A model generated the notes under the pieces. It worked only from the letters and a program-made list of their open reading frames with translations, ran no database searches and was not told the DNA's origin. A stretch of DNA of 64,000 bases from Leucoraja ocellata. Taxonomy: Eukaryota. Below are positions 25,515 to 38,100 of this stretch, piece after piece. The translations under genes and the position numbers were made by a program. Each line of letters opens with the position of its first letter. The first letter of the stretch is position 1. The stretch spans positions 3,534,001 through 3,598,000 of the forward strand of contig JAWMAR010000203.1 of the NCBI GenBank assembly GCA_036785375.1, given 5' to 3'.

Positions 25515-27400
25515 GAGCGACCCTATAGCCAGTGGCCCTGAAATTGTGGCCTTGTTAGATCAGTTTGGAACTTTTTCTGGCTATAAACTAAACCTCCAAA
25601 AAAGCGAATGCTTTCCTATCAACCTAGCCCTACAGATCCAACAGGAATCCCTGCCTTTTCCCATATCTCAAGAAGGTTTTGTATATCTAGGAATACACAT
25701 TACCCGCTCTTTCACATCCCTGTTTGCAGCTAACTATACGCCTCAAGTTAGCCAAATGAAGGCTGACTTTGAGAGATGCCGTAGTCTGCCACTCACTATG
25801 GCTGGGAGAGTACAGTCGGTGAAGATGACTGTACCTCCCAGATTTCTTTACTTGTTCCAATGTTTGCCGGATTTCCTATCCAAGTCATTTTTAACTCAGT
25901 TAACCAATCTATAACCCCCTTTGTATGGGGTAACATTTTCCAAGGGTCAATATGTACAATCTCCAAAGAGGCCGTGAAGTAGGGGGACTGGGTCTTCCTA
26001 GCTTTATTCATTATTACTGGGCATCCAATATCCAAAAGATATTATTCTGGCTCCACCGACCAGATACAGACTGGTGTCTGCTTGAGTCAGTCTTGTTACT
26101 CCTCGTCTCTCCCAGCTTTAGTATATTCCTCCCTGCCATTGAAACCCTCTCGATTTACATCCAACCCTGTCATACTATCCACCATCAAAATGTTTTAACC
26201 ATTTTTGTTGCCATTATAAATTTACCTCAGCTTCAGTTCTGGGTCCCATTCACAGAAACCATTTATTCCCCCCCCCCCCCCCCCCCCCTCTACACTTGAC
26301 TCAACCTTTAGACAGTGGGGCTTGAATGGTCTTATGTGCATTAAGGATTTATACACTAACAACACATTTGATAGTTTTGATAACCTACACAAAAAAACAT
26401 GGCCTCGCACATAATCATTTCTTTAATTATCTTCAGGTCCGTCACTTTGCCATGAAAAATGTTCCTTCTTTTCCTGATCTCCCTCCTGTCACAGTGTTGG
26501 ATAAACTTACTCTTACCTTTGCAAATAAAGGACTGATCTCTGCAGTATATTCTCAACTGATGTCTTTAGGAGATCAAAACCTGAACAAAGTTAAAGCTAG
26601 CTGGGAGAACGACCTTGGTATAGATCTGTCTGAGGAATGCTGGACAGAAGCGCTGAAAGAGTCCATTCCTCATCATCATGTGCTAGATTGGGGCTCATAC
26701 AATTTAAAGTTTTACACAGGGTTCAGTTAAGCAAAGCCAGGCTTGCTGACATATCTAGGGACAGACGCTGGCTGTGAAAGGTGCTCCTTCTCGCCAGCCA
26801 ATCTAGCTCATGCATTCTGGTCTTGCCCCAAACTTGGTAACTACTGGGCAGTGGTTTTTAAAACCATCAGTGAAGTTCTTGGGATGAGAGTGAGACCTTG
26901 CCCGCTTGTAGATTTAAACACAACCCAGTCTGATATCATTATATTTACATCATTTTTGGCCCGTTGGAGAATCTTGCTGGTCTGGAAATGTACCACTCCT
27001 CCATCTGCTGCTGCTTGGCTGGAAGACGTGATTTTTTTTTAAGGCTAGAAAAGATTAAATTCACATTGAGGGGGTCTGTGAAAAAGTTTTATTTGAAATG
27101 GGAACCCTTTTTTATCATACTTTGAGGGTCTAAAGAAACTACCTATTGACTGAGGGCATTTGACAGTGTGGGTGCCACCCTTATTCTGTTTTGTTACTTT
27201 ATTATTGTTAAAATGGTCATTTGTATTTGTGATATATTTGTATTGTGAAAACATTAGCTGCTTAGGGATGGTGGGTTAGGGTTATTTTTATTTTTATTTT
27301 TTATTATTATTTATACTAAAAAAAATGGACGGAAATGTAATAACATACGTCAGATTACTGTAATTTTTGTTTCCTCCAATAAAAATAAATTTTAAAAAAA
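25515..27400 (+). mobile_element. L1-clade LINE, 3' part of ORF2, decayed
   Basis: SGYKLNLQKSE, YLGIHI, PRFLYLFQ, GGLGLP, CERC..HAFWSC, then aataaa and an A tail. Confidence 0.9.
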
Positions 27401-27749
27401 TCACACAATTATATTCATCATATTATTTTTATATAATATAATTATACTTCATTATATATGATTACAGTCATATTTGCAAGTCATATATATATATATATAT
27501 ATATTACACAGAAATAGGCTGCCCATTGTGTAATATGAGCATTGGCCACTAGATGGCGAGTATTTTCCCGATCTCATTTTCTAATTAGTTTAATTAATTA
27601 ATGTGCAACTTTTGGCAATGACGAGTTATGTCATCCTTCTCAATTATATTTCATCTCAATCTGTGGAAACTTTCATGTAGTTTGGTGACTTGGGTCACGA
27701 AAACCGATTTCTAGACACATTTTGATGCTCGGCCCACAGCCTAAGAGGG

Positions 27750-28197
27750 TCTCGGGTTTGATCTGGTTTCTGTTTCTTATTGTTTTTTAGTATTAGAGTG
27801 CGCATTCTTGTTTTATTTTGGTGTCTTGCATCTCCTCTTGTTTCAGGTCCCATTTCCTGTCAGGTCGTTTACCCTCATGTGATTATTGGCCCCGCCCTGA
27901 TGTGTTTCACCTGTGTCTCGCTAACCCCAGCTAGTCTGTATTTAAGCCCTTTGTGTTTTAGTTCTCATTGCCAGTTCGTTGTGAATGCTACTTGGTATCA
28001 CCTCGTTCCAGCTCTAGAAATCTTGTGACCGTGACCATTGCCTGTTTTTCAACCTCTGTTTTTTGCCTGCTCCTAGATTGTACCGTTCCCTCTGTTTTGC
28101 TTATCTGTGTACCGACTTGGACCGATTAAACTCTGAAGACTGATCTGCCCTGTGTCTGAGCCTGCATTTGTGTCCTCCTCCTTGTTCAGTTCTGATA
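27750..28197 (+). mobile_element. Probable Gypsy-type solo LTR
   Basis: Order cacctg, tatttaag (TATA), attaaa (polyA), ctgcatttg, as in fish Gypsy LTRs. Termini are degraded. Confidence 0.45.
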
Positions 28198-28535
28198 GGA
28201 GGGTGAAGAAGAGGACGAGCAAAGATACTAGAGGGCCTTTCTCTCTCTTCCTCCCCTCTCTCTGCCTGAGAGTTGGCAGCCCTGCTAGTGTTTTAGGTCC
28301 AAAGAGGATAGAAATAAAATACTTTAAATGGTCTACATAGAAGTTTTAAATAAGCTCTTCTACATTGAAGGTAAATTGATATATTAGTGGTAAAATGCAT
28401 CTTCAATATACAGGTCTCTCCCCACAACTGAACAATTGCACTTAAATGATATATCATCCATTCTGCAGATATGTAGATATAACTACATTTTTTTCCTTCA
28501 TAGTTAATCCTATATGAGATTTTCTGTAATTTCAG

Positions 28536-28715
28536 ATGTCGACAGCGGGTCCAGAATACTCGTCGACAAGATCTCCTCCACCAAACTATGGTGTACTTGT
28601 CAACCACCTGCCGTCTTTGTTCTGAACACTGAACTTGACTAGTTTTCCAGCAGCCAGACCAATAACAGGCTAAATTGCAATGCAGTTCCAACGCTATTTG
28701 ACATCCCGAACACAC
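28536..28715 (+). pseudogene. THAP zinc-finger domain remnant (DNA transposon-derived)
   Basis: After the acceptor ttttctgtaatttcag: CRQRVQNTRRQDL..CRLCSEH, a frameshift, then NRLNCNAVPTLFDIPN. One internal stop. Confidence 0.75.
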
Positions 28716-29249
28716 CAAAACATCTTTCTTCCCAATGCAGGTTACTCAAGAGGAAGAATGAGAACCTCCTGTTACCCGCACAAAATTGTGCAAATGACGT
28801 TTTATTTATTGTTGTATATAAGTTGGAAATTTTGTTCTTTGGGGTATGAAAGGGGTGGGGCTATCATTGTCTGAAATATGTTAAATTTTACATCACTTTC
28901 AAAACACTGCAACCCCCTGTATATGTCATGCACAAAATGATGTGAATTATGTAAATATTACCATAAATGACGGAAATAAAAAGTGTTTTCCTTGTTTATA
29001 AAAGTTTAGTTTAGAGTTATTTGAAATTGTGGGGGTTGGTGCAATATATGGCTGACCCACAAATGTGTCGTTATGAGACATTCACATTTAAAAAATCCAT
29101 GTCTCAAAAAAAAGCAAGATCTCCATATTATTTGACCAATTTATCGACTGAATTTAAATATGTAGGTATGTATGCACTACATTGTGTCACGCTAATATAG
29201 AATGAAAGAATGGAAAAATATTTCGACATTGTGTTCATGGATGTTTTAT

Positions 29250-29474
29250 NNNNNNNNNNNNNNNNNNNNNNNNNNNNNNNNNNNNNNNNNNNNNNNNNNN
29301 NNNNNNNNNNNNNNNNNNNNNNNNNNNNNNNNNNNNNNNNNNNNNNNNNNNNNNNNNNNNNNNNNNNNNNNNNNNNNNNNNNNNNNNNNNNNNNNNNNNN
29401 NNNNNNNNNNNNNNNNNNNNNNNNNNNNNNNNNNNNNNNNNNNNNNNNNNNNNNNNNNNNNNNNNNNNNNNNNN
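29250..29474. other. Assembly gap (225 N)
   Basis: Run of N. Confidence 1.
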
Positions 29475-30076
29475 AGAAAAAGGTTGCTAAACAAATTAGA
29501 TGAAATCTGAAAAAAAAGAAACTAGAGAAATATGTTGTCACTATTATATAGCATATTTATAAAACTACTCTCACAACGCCACGTGTTAGGCGTACGCCGT
29601 CAAGACGCTGCGTTAGACATCAAGACGCTGCGTACGCCCGTTGAGACGCTGCGTATGCCCTAAATGCGCCTGCGGGCCGACAGGCCGTTGTCGCGCGGGG
29701 TGTTCGGACAGTGAAATATTTTTCAAGCAACCACGTTTGACGCATGCAATCACATGCTGGTGGGACAGGCCCTGAACTTGCCTCTCACACACAGGCACAC
29801 ACAAACACACATTCATATAAATATATATATGAGTTTAATTTAATGTTGTGCACAGGCCTCCCGTGTGGCAGGGACCCAACGGGTTACACCCAGTCTACTG
29901 TCTCCCTAAAGTTCAGGCCCATGAGTCCTGCCAACATCCTGATAAATCTTTGCATTCTTTCCTGCTTAACGTATCCCTTCCTTCTGCAAGGTGATCAAAA
30001 CTGAGTAGACAGTAGTAGTTTACATAACTGAGTAGATCCACAGTAGTGGAGTTTCGAGATGCAGCGTGGAAACTAA

Positions 30077-30437
30077 CCCCCTGTCCCACTTAGGAGACCT
30101 AAACAGCAACCACGGGTGAACTTGCCTGCTACCCAAAAAAAATCAAGGTCGAGGTGACCTGCAACCTCCTACCACCTCTCACGCAAAACCTCCCTCGACT
30201 ATGAAGCTTCAACTAGACCTGTGACAAAAAAATTATCGATTTTTATAACGGCAAATTATTTTTAGTCGAGGCCCGTTTTAAACATGATGAAAAAATAGCA
30301 GCAACCTAGATGAAGCCTCGACCACATGGAAACCACTGTTGACCATTAGGGAGAGCGACCAAAACCTCATGGAAACCTTGGGTGGCGGGCAAGGTCACCA
30401 GAGGTTGCTGTTTAGGTCTCCTAAGTGGGACAGGAGC
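30077..30437. mobile_element. Harbinger-like MITE
   Basis: About 30-bp TIR cctgtcccacttaggagacctaaacagcaacc / ggttgctgtttaggtctcctaagtgggacagg. Confidence 0.85.
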
Positions 30438-30950
30438 TTTACGCTTCTGCCTCATCGACTCGCTACACACAGGTCAATTTACAGAGTTTAGCTTATTGTC
30501 ACGAGTCCCGAGTTATAGTGAAAAGCTTTTGTTCTGTGCTAACCAGTCAACGGAAAGACTACACATGATTACAATTGAGATATTTACATTGTACAGTTAC
30601 ATGATGAAGGGAATAACGTTTAGTACAAGATAAAGCCAGTAAAGTCCGATCAAACATAGTCTGAGGTCCAGTAAAGTCCAATCAAACCCACATGTCATTG
30701 GGATGTGGAAGGAAACAGGAACACACGTGAGAAAACCCATGTGGTCACAGGGAGAACGCACAAACTCCACACCGTCAGCTCCCGAGGTCAGGATCAAACT
30801 CGGGTCTCTGTGGCTGTGAGGGAGCAGCTATACCAGCTAAGCCATTGTGCTGAACTCGATGGGCCGAATGGCCTGTTTGCATGCTCATGTTCTAAGTGAA
30901 TTCCACGGGTTGCAGCCTGCAGGACCCGGTCGCAGTGTAGATTGAACAGT

Positions 30951-31704
30951 AAAGGCCATGTCCCACTTGGCCGTCATTTGCACCTCATTTACGCATCATA
31001 TGTAAAATAGGTTGACGCGTTGTGATGCACGGGTAGCGTGTGGGTAGCGCGGGACGGGCGCATGGAGAGGCATGAAGGAGTGTGGAGTTGTGAGAGGCAT
31101 CTCGCGTGCCACCTGCATGACGTATCGCGTACGCACGCTGCGTCCCGATGTCTCACGTGTATTGCGTGGTGACGCATGGTTACGTCAGTCGGCCACAATG
31201 AGAAAATAATTACGCCATAAACATCAATGCTTTCAGAATAATACTTTCAGAGTAACACCTTAATAAGCATTTTTGAACCATCCTTAGTTCAGGATGTTTC
31301 AAAAGTTAACATCAAGGTAAGGATTGCAGATTTTATATCCTAAAAGAACACTAGTAACCAAATTCGTTTTTTAAATAACCACCAACAATTTTACTAACAC
31401 CATTAAAACAAATTGCAAACTAATTCTGAAGCTGAGTTCAAACCCTCAAACTACAATAATGGAAAACAAATAATGGTTTGTTGGGAGTATTTCAGAAAGT
31501 TTAAAAGTAAATGAATTTTTCCAGCAAATAATAATTTTATCAATGTTTCACTTAACAAATGATGTCAATACGCTGACTAATTCTACTTGCAGAGCAGATA
31601 AAATATTTGAAGATGCATAATGACGGGTGATGACGCGCGCGACCGTCACGCGTCAGTCACTACCGGTCTGTCGCATAAATGACGGCCAAGTGGGACAGGC
31701 CCTT
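30951..31704. mobile_element. Harbinger-like MITE about 400 bp upstream of the receptor ATG
   Basis: TIR tgtcccacttggccgtcattt / aaatgacggccaagtgggaca. A right end of the same family lies at about 29580-29772. Confidence 0.85.
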
Positions 31705-31959
31705 AAAGAAACGAGACTTACTGCATGTCCGTGTAAGTGCCGTAGAAGAGATGCGTGTCGGGCCGAATGAATGAAGGCACAAAGTGCTGGAGTAACTCAG
31801 CGCTCAGGCAGCAAGTCTGGAGAATGTGGAGAGGTGATGTTTCGGGTTGGTTCCTATTCATGTTCTCTGCAGATGCTGCCTGATCCGCTGAGTTACTCCA
31901 GCACTTTGTGCCTCTTTTCTTGTAAACCAGCATCTTCAGTTCCTCGTTTCCACAAATGT

Positions 31960-32102
31960 ACGAAGAGTTGTTTCACTGAACTACCGTCCAATCTGCGGTC
32001 GATCTGACGCACAGCAGCGCAGAAAAACTCGCAGCGGTTGTGAATTCTGCAGAATGACCAGCGGCTCCGTGTGATCCGTGTCTCGGCACTTCCTTCACCA
32101 AA
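31960..32102 (+). promoter_or_regulatory. Putative proximal promoter of the VJ-C1 gene
   Basis: Short non-repeat, CpG-containing stretch before the ATG with CCAAT (31988), RUNX-type TGCGGT (31994), CRE/AP1-like TGACGCA (32005) and ETS-type CACTTCCT (32087). No clear TATA box. Confidence 0.45.
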
Positions 32103-32151
32103 ATGTCATCGTTTACACAATTCATCTCCACACTCTGCCTCTTTCTCCCAG
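32103..32151 (+). CDS. Exon 1, signal peptide MSSFTQFISTLCLFLP(G)
   Basis: ATG in caaaATG context, hydrophobic core, consensus donor CAG|gtaagt, phase 1 (split leader typical of IgSF genes). Confidence 0.85.
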
Positions 32152-35100
32152 GTAAGTCATTCATGTTCACCCTTGCCAACCTGCTCACGTTGTCTTCCTA
32201 TAACTTGTTTCTTTCTATGGCTTTTGCACTAAAGGTTGTTTTTTTGCCGTATTTTAGAAACTTCTTGTGTAATTTATGTTCAATTTGTTTTTGAATATGT
32301 GTTTGTTTCAGTGTAGGTGCATGTGATGCTGTTGCAAGCAAGATTTTAATTTAGACACAAAAGCAGAAATTGAACATGTAGTTTAAATAAGAATAAAGGG
32401 GAGACCATTTAAGACTGATGTGAGAAACAGCTTTTTCACCCAGAGAGTTGTGAATTTGTGGAATGGTTCCGAACCGAAACGTCACCCGTCATTTTTCTCC
32501 AGAGATGCTGCCTGACCCGCTGAGTTACTCCTGTACCTTGTGACACAAGGAACAGTAGATGCTGGAAATGCAGTTAATGTAAGTTTACATGAGGACATTA
32601 ACGCATAAATGTAAGAGACACAAGAAGTGCAGATGCTGGAATCTTGAACAAAACACAGTACTGGAGTAACTCAGCGGGTCAGGCAGCATCTCTGGAGAAC
32701 ATGGACAGGTCACGTTTCGCGTCGCCACCTTTCTTCGCATATGTTCTCCAGAGATGCTACTAGCGTCTCTAGCACTTTGTGTCTGTCTTCGATATAGATC
32801 AGCATCTGCAGTTCCTTCCAACACAAGTGGTTACAGGTGAGAGAGGGGGGGGGGGGGGGGGGGGTTAATTGGGCCTGGACCTCACTGTCCTTGTGCCCAT
32901 GATAGTAAACTCGAGTTACTCGGAAGGCGTCGTTAACTATGTTCACTTTCCGTGCCAGGGTCCGCTGTCGGTGTGAGGGTGAACCAGTCTCCTGCTGCTC
33001 TGACACTTCTCCGAGGGCAGACAGCTACGTTCACCTGCTCCCTGCTACCTGGAGAGGGGGAGGTAGTTTCAATGAGGCAATACTGGTTTCGGACGAAAGA
33101 CAACCCGGAGCTCTGGGACAACAAGACCGAGAGTTTTCTGAAGACAGGCGACCGACTGTTCGTGTCTGTGGGCTCGCTGGTCATTCGGGAGGTGACTGTG
33201 CACGATGCAGATACTTACCATTGTGTGGTACTGAATGAAGATATCTGGAAAAAGTTTACAGGAAACGGAACCACATTACATATCCAAGGTAATTAATATA
33301 ATAATAAACAGGAACAGGCCCTTCAGCCCGCAATGTTCGTGCGGCCCATGAGGCCAAGTTAAACAAACATGTGTCTATCCAAAAGTCTCTTAAACTCTAC
33401 GATCGAATCTGCCTCCACAGCCACCCCGAGATCTGATGCGATGGAGTTGGTGAATCACACGAACCCCAAGTTCCCTAAACCGAAACGCCGCCTGTCCATT
33501 CTCTCCATAGATGCGGCCTTAACCGCTGAGTTCCTCCAGCATTTTGTGTTTTGCTTAAGACTGCAGCGCCTGCAGTTCCATGTCTCTACTTCCATTTCAT
33601 TCCTGCATTTCATCTCTCTCTATTAATGCTCATTTTCTGGCACAAACCAGCCCAGTCTGACAAAAGGTCCCGAACTTAAACGTCATATATCCATGATTTC
33701 CAGAGATGCTGCCTGGCCCGCTGAGTTACTCCAGCGCTTTGAGCCTTTCTTTGGTAAAAATAAAACTCGCATCTACAGTTCCTCCTGTCTCCCTAATGAT
33801 ACAAAATAGATAATGAAAACAACATCAACCTCGGTCGTAGTGTTTATATCCCCCAACAGTTCTAGTGCTGGCATTTAATTCTCCTGATTTCCTTACAAGG
33901 AGGGAGTGTGGAAACAAAAGCATCTTTGTTTCTCTCAGTTTTCTCTAGATTCCCTCTTGACATGACCGGCTGAAGTCGTCAAGTTGGGAAAAGGGGAAGT
34001 ACAACGGGATCTGGGGGTCCTTGTTCATCAGTCTATGAAAGTAAGCATGCGGGTACAGCAGGCAATGAAGAAATCGAATGGCATGTTGGCCTTTATAACA
34101 CGAGGAATCGAATATAGGAGCAAAAGGGTATTTCTGCAGTTGTACAGAGTCCTAGTGAGACCACACATGGAGTATTGTGTGCAGTTTTGGTCCCCTAATT
34201 TGAGGAAGGACATTCTTGCTATTGAGGGAGTGCATCGTAGGTTTACAAGGTTAATTCCCGGGATGGCGGGACTGTCATATGCTGAGAGAATGGAGCAGCT
34301 GGGCTTGTACACTCTGGAGTTTAGAAGGATGAGAGGGTATCTTATTGAAACATATAAGATTATTAAGGGCTTGGGCACGCTAAAGGCAGGAAACATGTTC
34401 CCGATGTTGTGGGAGTCCAGAACCAGGGGCCACAGTTTAAGAATAAGGAGTAAGCCATTTAGAACGGAGACGCGGAAACACTTTTTTCTCACAGAGTGTG
34501 GTGAGTCTGTGGAATTCTCTGCCTCAGAGGGCGGTGGAGGCAGGTTCTCTGGAAGCTTTCAAGAGAGAGCTATGTAAAGCTCTTAAAAATAACGGAGTCA
34601 GGGGATATGGGGAGAAGGCAGGAACGGGGTACTGATTGGGGATGATCAGCCATGATCACAATGAATGGCAGTGCTGGCTCGAAGGGCCAAATGGCCTACT
34701 CCTGCATCTGTTGTCTATTGTCTATTGATTCTTGTCTTTGTCAAGTTCGGTTTAACATTTGCTTCCGGGCTCCAGGGGAGTATAATAATGCCCCTGAAAC
34801 AATTCCCGGCTGCGATAACCAAATGTGCGGCAGATGCATCATGTATATGTGTGAAAATGAACACAACTAAATATAAGCGATAGAATCAAGGAGGGCAGCA
34901 GTGAGAGAGGGCAGACTCAAAGTGATGGAGTAACAGCGGGTCAGGCAGCATCTCTGGACATCATGGATAGGTGACGTTTAGGGTCAGGAACCTTCGTCAG
35001 CCTGGGTTGGTTTGCGCCTCAACGTGCACATTAATAGAGAGAGATAAAATGCAGGAAGGGAAATAAATAGAAGTGGAGACGGGGAACTGCAGGCGCTGGA

Positions 35101-38100
35101 GTCTTAAGCAAAACACAAAGTAACGGGGAACTCGGCGGATAAGGCAGCATTCGTGGAGGTTTGGTGTTGGGGAACTTGGGACGTGTGTGAGGTCCCCAGC
35201 CCACTGTATCAGCGGACAGTGGGAATGGTCGCACACATCCCTAACGCTTCATTGAAGGGAGGCAGCTACAATGCAAACGTGTGGCCGCTCTCCCATCGCC
35301 CACGGGCTGGCGAGAGGGAGCCCGACCCGACCAGACTCTGCTAAATAATTCTGGCAACGTGAATCCATCTTCTGGCCAATCTGGGCCCGGACAGTACAGG
35401 ATGTAAAAGAAAAGAAAGAAAATGCTGGAGCTACTCATCGGGTCGGTCCGTGTGTGTGTGGGGGAGAATTTACCGATTCACATTGAAGGCTTCCAGTCGA
35501 AACCCTGATCCTGAGACACAAGGAACCGGAGGGGCTGGTTAAAACAAAGACGCAAAGTGCTGGAGGAACTCATCGGGTCAGGCAGCATCTCTGGAGAACA
35601 TGGACCGTCATTCTCTTCCCACGAATCAGGCTTGTACGGCTGAATATTTATATGGTACACAAAAAAATGCTGGAGAAACTCAGCGGGTGCAGACAGGGTT
35701 TCGGCGCGAAACGTCGCCTATTTCCTTCGCTCCATAGATGCTGCTGCACCCGCTGAGTTTCTCCAGCTTTTTTTTTGTGTACCTTCGATCTTCCAGCATC
35801 TGCAGTTCCTTCTTGAATATTTATATGTTCTGTTTTAGATGTCCATCATCGGCTTGGATTTAGTTTACCGTCTACATATTCACTTCCATTTCATGCATCA
35901 AAATACACAAAGTGCTGGAGGAACTCGGTGGGTCCGGCAGCATCTGAATGGACAGGCGACGATTCAGACCGAAGAAGGGTCCCGACCCGAAACACCGCCT
36001 GTCCATTCCCCCCGCAGATGTACCTGGCTCGATGAGTTCCTCCAGCACTTTGTGTTGGACAATGGACAATAGGTGCAGGAGTGGGCCATTTGGCCCTTCG
36101 AGCTAGCACCGCCATTCACTGTGATCATGGCTGATCATCCACAATTAGTATCCCGTTCCTGCCTTCTCCCCATATCCATGGACTCCGCTATCTTTAAGAG
36201 CTCTATAACTCTTGAACGCATCCAGAGAATTGGCCTCCACTGCCGAGGCAGAGAATTCCACAGATCCGCAACTCTCTAGTTGAAATGTTTTTCCTCATCT
36301 CCATTCTAAATGGCTTTCTTAAAAAAAAAATTCCAGCATCTCCAGTTCCTTGTGTCTCCAATTCCATTTCATTCGCTTCCTGTATTTTTCTTTCTTATTG
36401 TGCATTTTGAGACACAGACTGAAGAGATGTAGTCTGTAGATGTAACCCGACCCGAAACATCACATATCATCCATGAAGAGTTACTCCAGCACGTTGTGTC
36501 TCGTCAGCTATCCATGTTCTCCAGAGATGCCGACTGACCCTCTGAGTTACTCCAGTACTTGTGCCTTTCTTTGGTATAAACCAGCGTTTGCAGCTCCTCT
36601 TTATTCCGCTAATAATCCATTGAATAACTTGGTTGCTCCTTAAGCAGGTGCACGGCGTGCCGTGTTATCATAGTTGCTCCATGCATGACTGAGAGCGACA
36701 GGAAGATTCACAGCGTGTTATTTTCCTACTTTACGCAGCGAAGCCTGACATCTCCCTGACCCTGGATCCCGGGATAGAAGGCGCAGAGACGCGGAGCCTG
36801 ACTTGTGTGGCCTCCGGATTCTTCCCGAGGGAGCTGAACATGTCCTGGGCTGTCGTGGGCCAGTTGTCCTATGAAACAGAAGCGGGGCCGCTGAGGGAGA
36901 ATGAGGATGGAAGCTTCAACGTGAGCTCCCGGCTGCGGCTCACCGGCCCTCGGCTAGAGGCGGGCATGGTCGTCACCTGCCTGGTTCAGCACCTCACGGG
37001 GAAGGGCTCGGTGAGCGAACGTTTCCCTCCCATCCCGAGTAAGTGGCTTGAATGAACGTGGCAGCCAGCGTCCTCCAGTTACTGAAGATACACAGAGTGC
37101 TGGAGTAACTCAGCGGCTCAGTTACTGCCGAGTTACTCCAACATTTTGTGTCTATCTGCGCTGTAAACTAGCATCTGCAGTTCCTTCCTACACATGTCCA
37201 AGGTTGCAAGGTTTAATAGTACATGTGTACACATTTGTTAAACGTAGCCACAATGAACTGCAGATTCTTGATTACAAAAAATACACAAAGTGTTGAAGTA
37301 ACTCAGCAGCGTCTAGTAGCATCTCTGGAGAACGTTGAACGTAATTCATAAACCTGATCAAAAGTTTATGAGATCACTCAATGTGTACAATATCAACTGC
37401 AAATATGGATTTAGACTTTCAGACTTTAGAGATACGCGGGAAAAGGCATTTCGGCCGATCAGCGATCACCTCATACACTGGCTAGACAAACACACGCTGG
37501 AGGAACTCAGCAGGTGAGGCAGCATCTATGTAGAGAAGGATATGCGACGTTTCGGGTCGAGACCTTTCTTCTTAAACACATCATACATTAACACTATCCT
37601 GCGCATTGGGGACAATTTACAATTTTACCGAAGCCAATTAACATACAAACTCGTACGTCTTTGGAGTGTGGGAGGAACCCGGAGAACCCGGAAAAAAATC
37701 CACGCAGGTCACGGGAAGAACGTACAGACTCCGCACATCCAACACCCGTAGTCAGGATTGAACCCGCGTCTACTGCGCTGTAAGGCAGCAACTCAAGTAC
37801 AGTTCATCTGTGCATCGATATATATATATATACATATTTGAGTTGCTGCCTTATATATTATATAATTATTATATGTATATATACATCGATGATATCAGCT
37901 CAAGATATGTATATATATATGTGTGTATATGTGTATATATATATCTATATATATATATACACACACACATTTATATATATATCTTTCTTCATTATTATTT
38001 GAACCATTTACCGTTACAATACGGCGTAAGTGCTTTATCATATAAATATATTATATACATCTTGACCAGATAAAGCACTTACGCCGTATTTAAACTGTAA

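Noticed and set aside
25150-25914. ORFs spanning N runs (also 29128-29541)
   Set aside because: They are open only because of assembly gaps.
33219-33225. Heptamer-like CATTGTG at the end of V framework 3
   Set aside because: It is explained by His-Cys-Val codons, and there is no nonamer at a 12- or 23-bp spacing.
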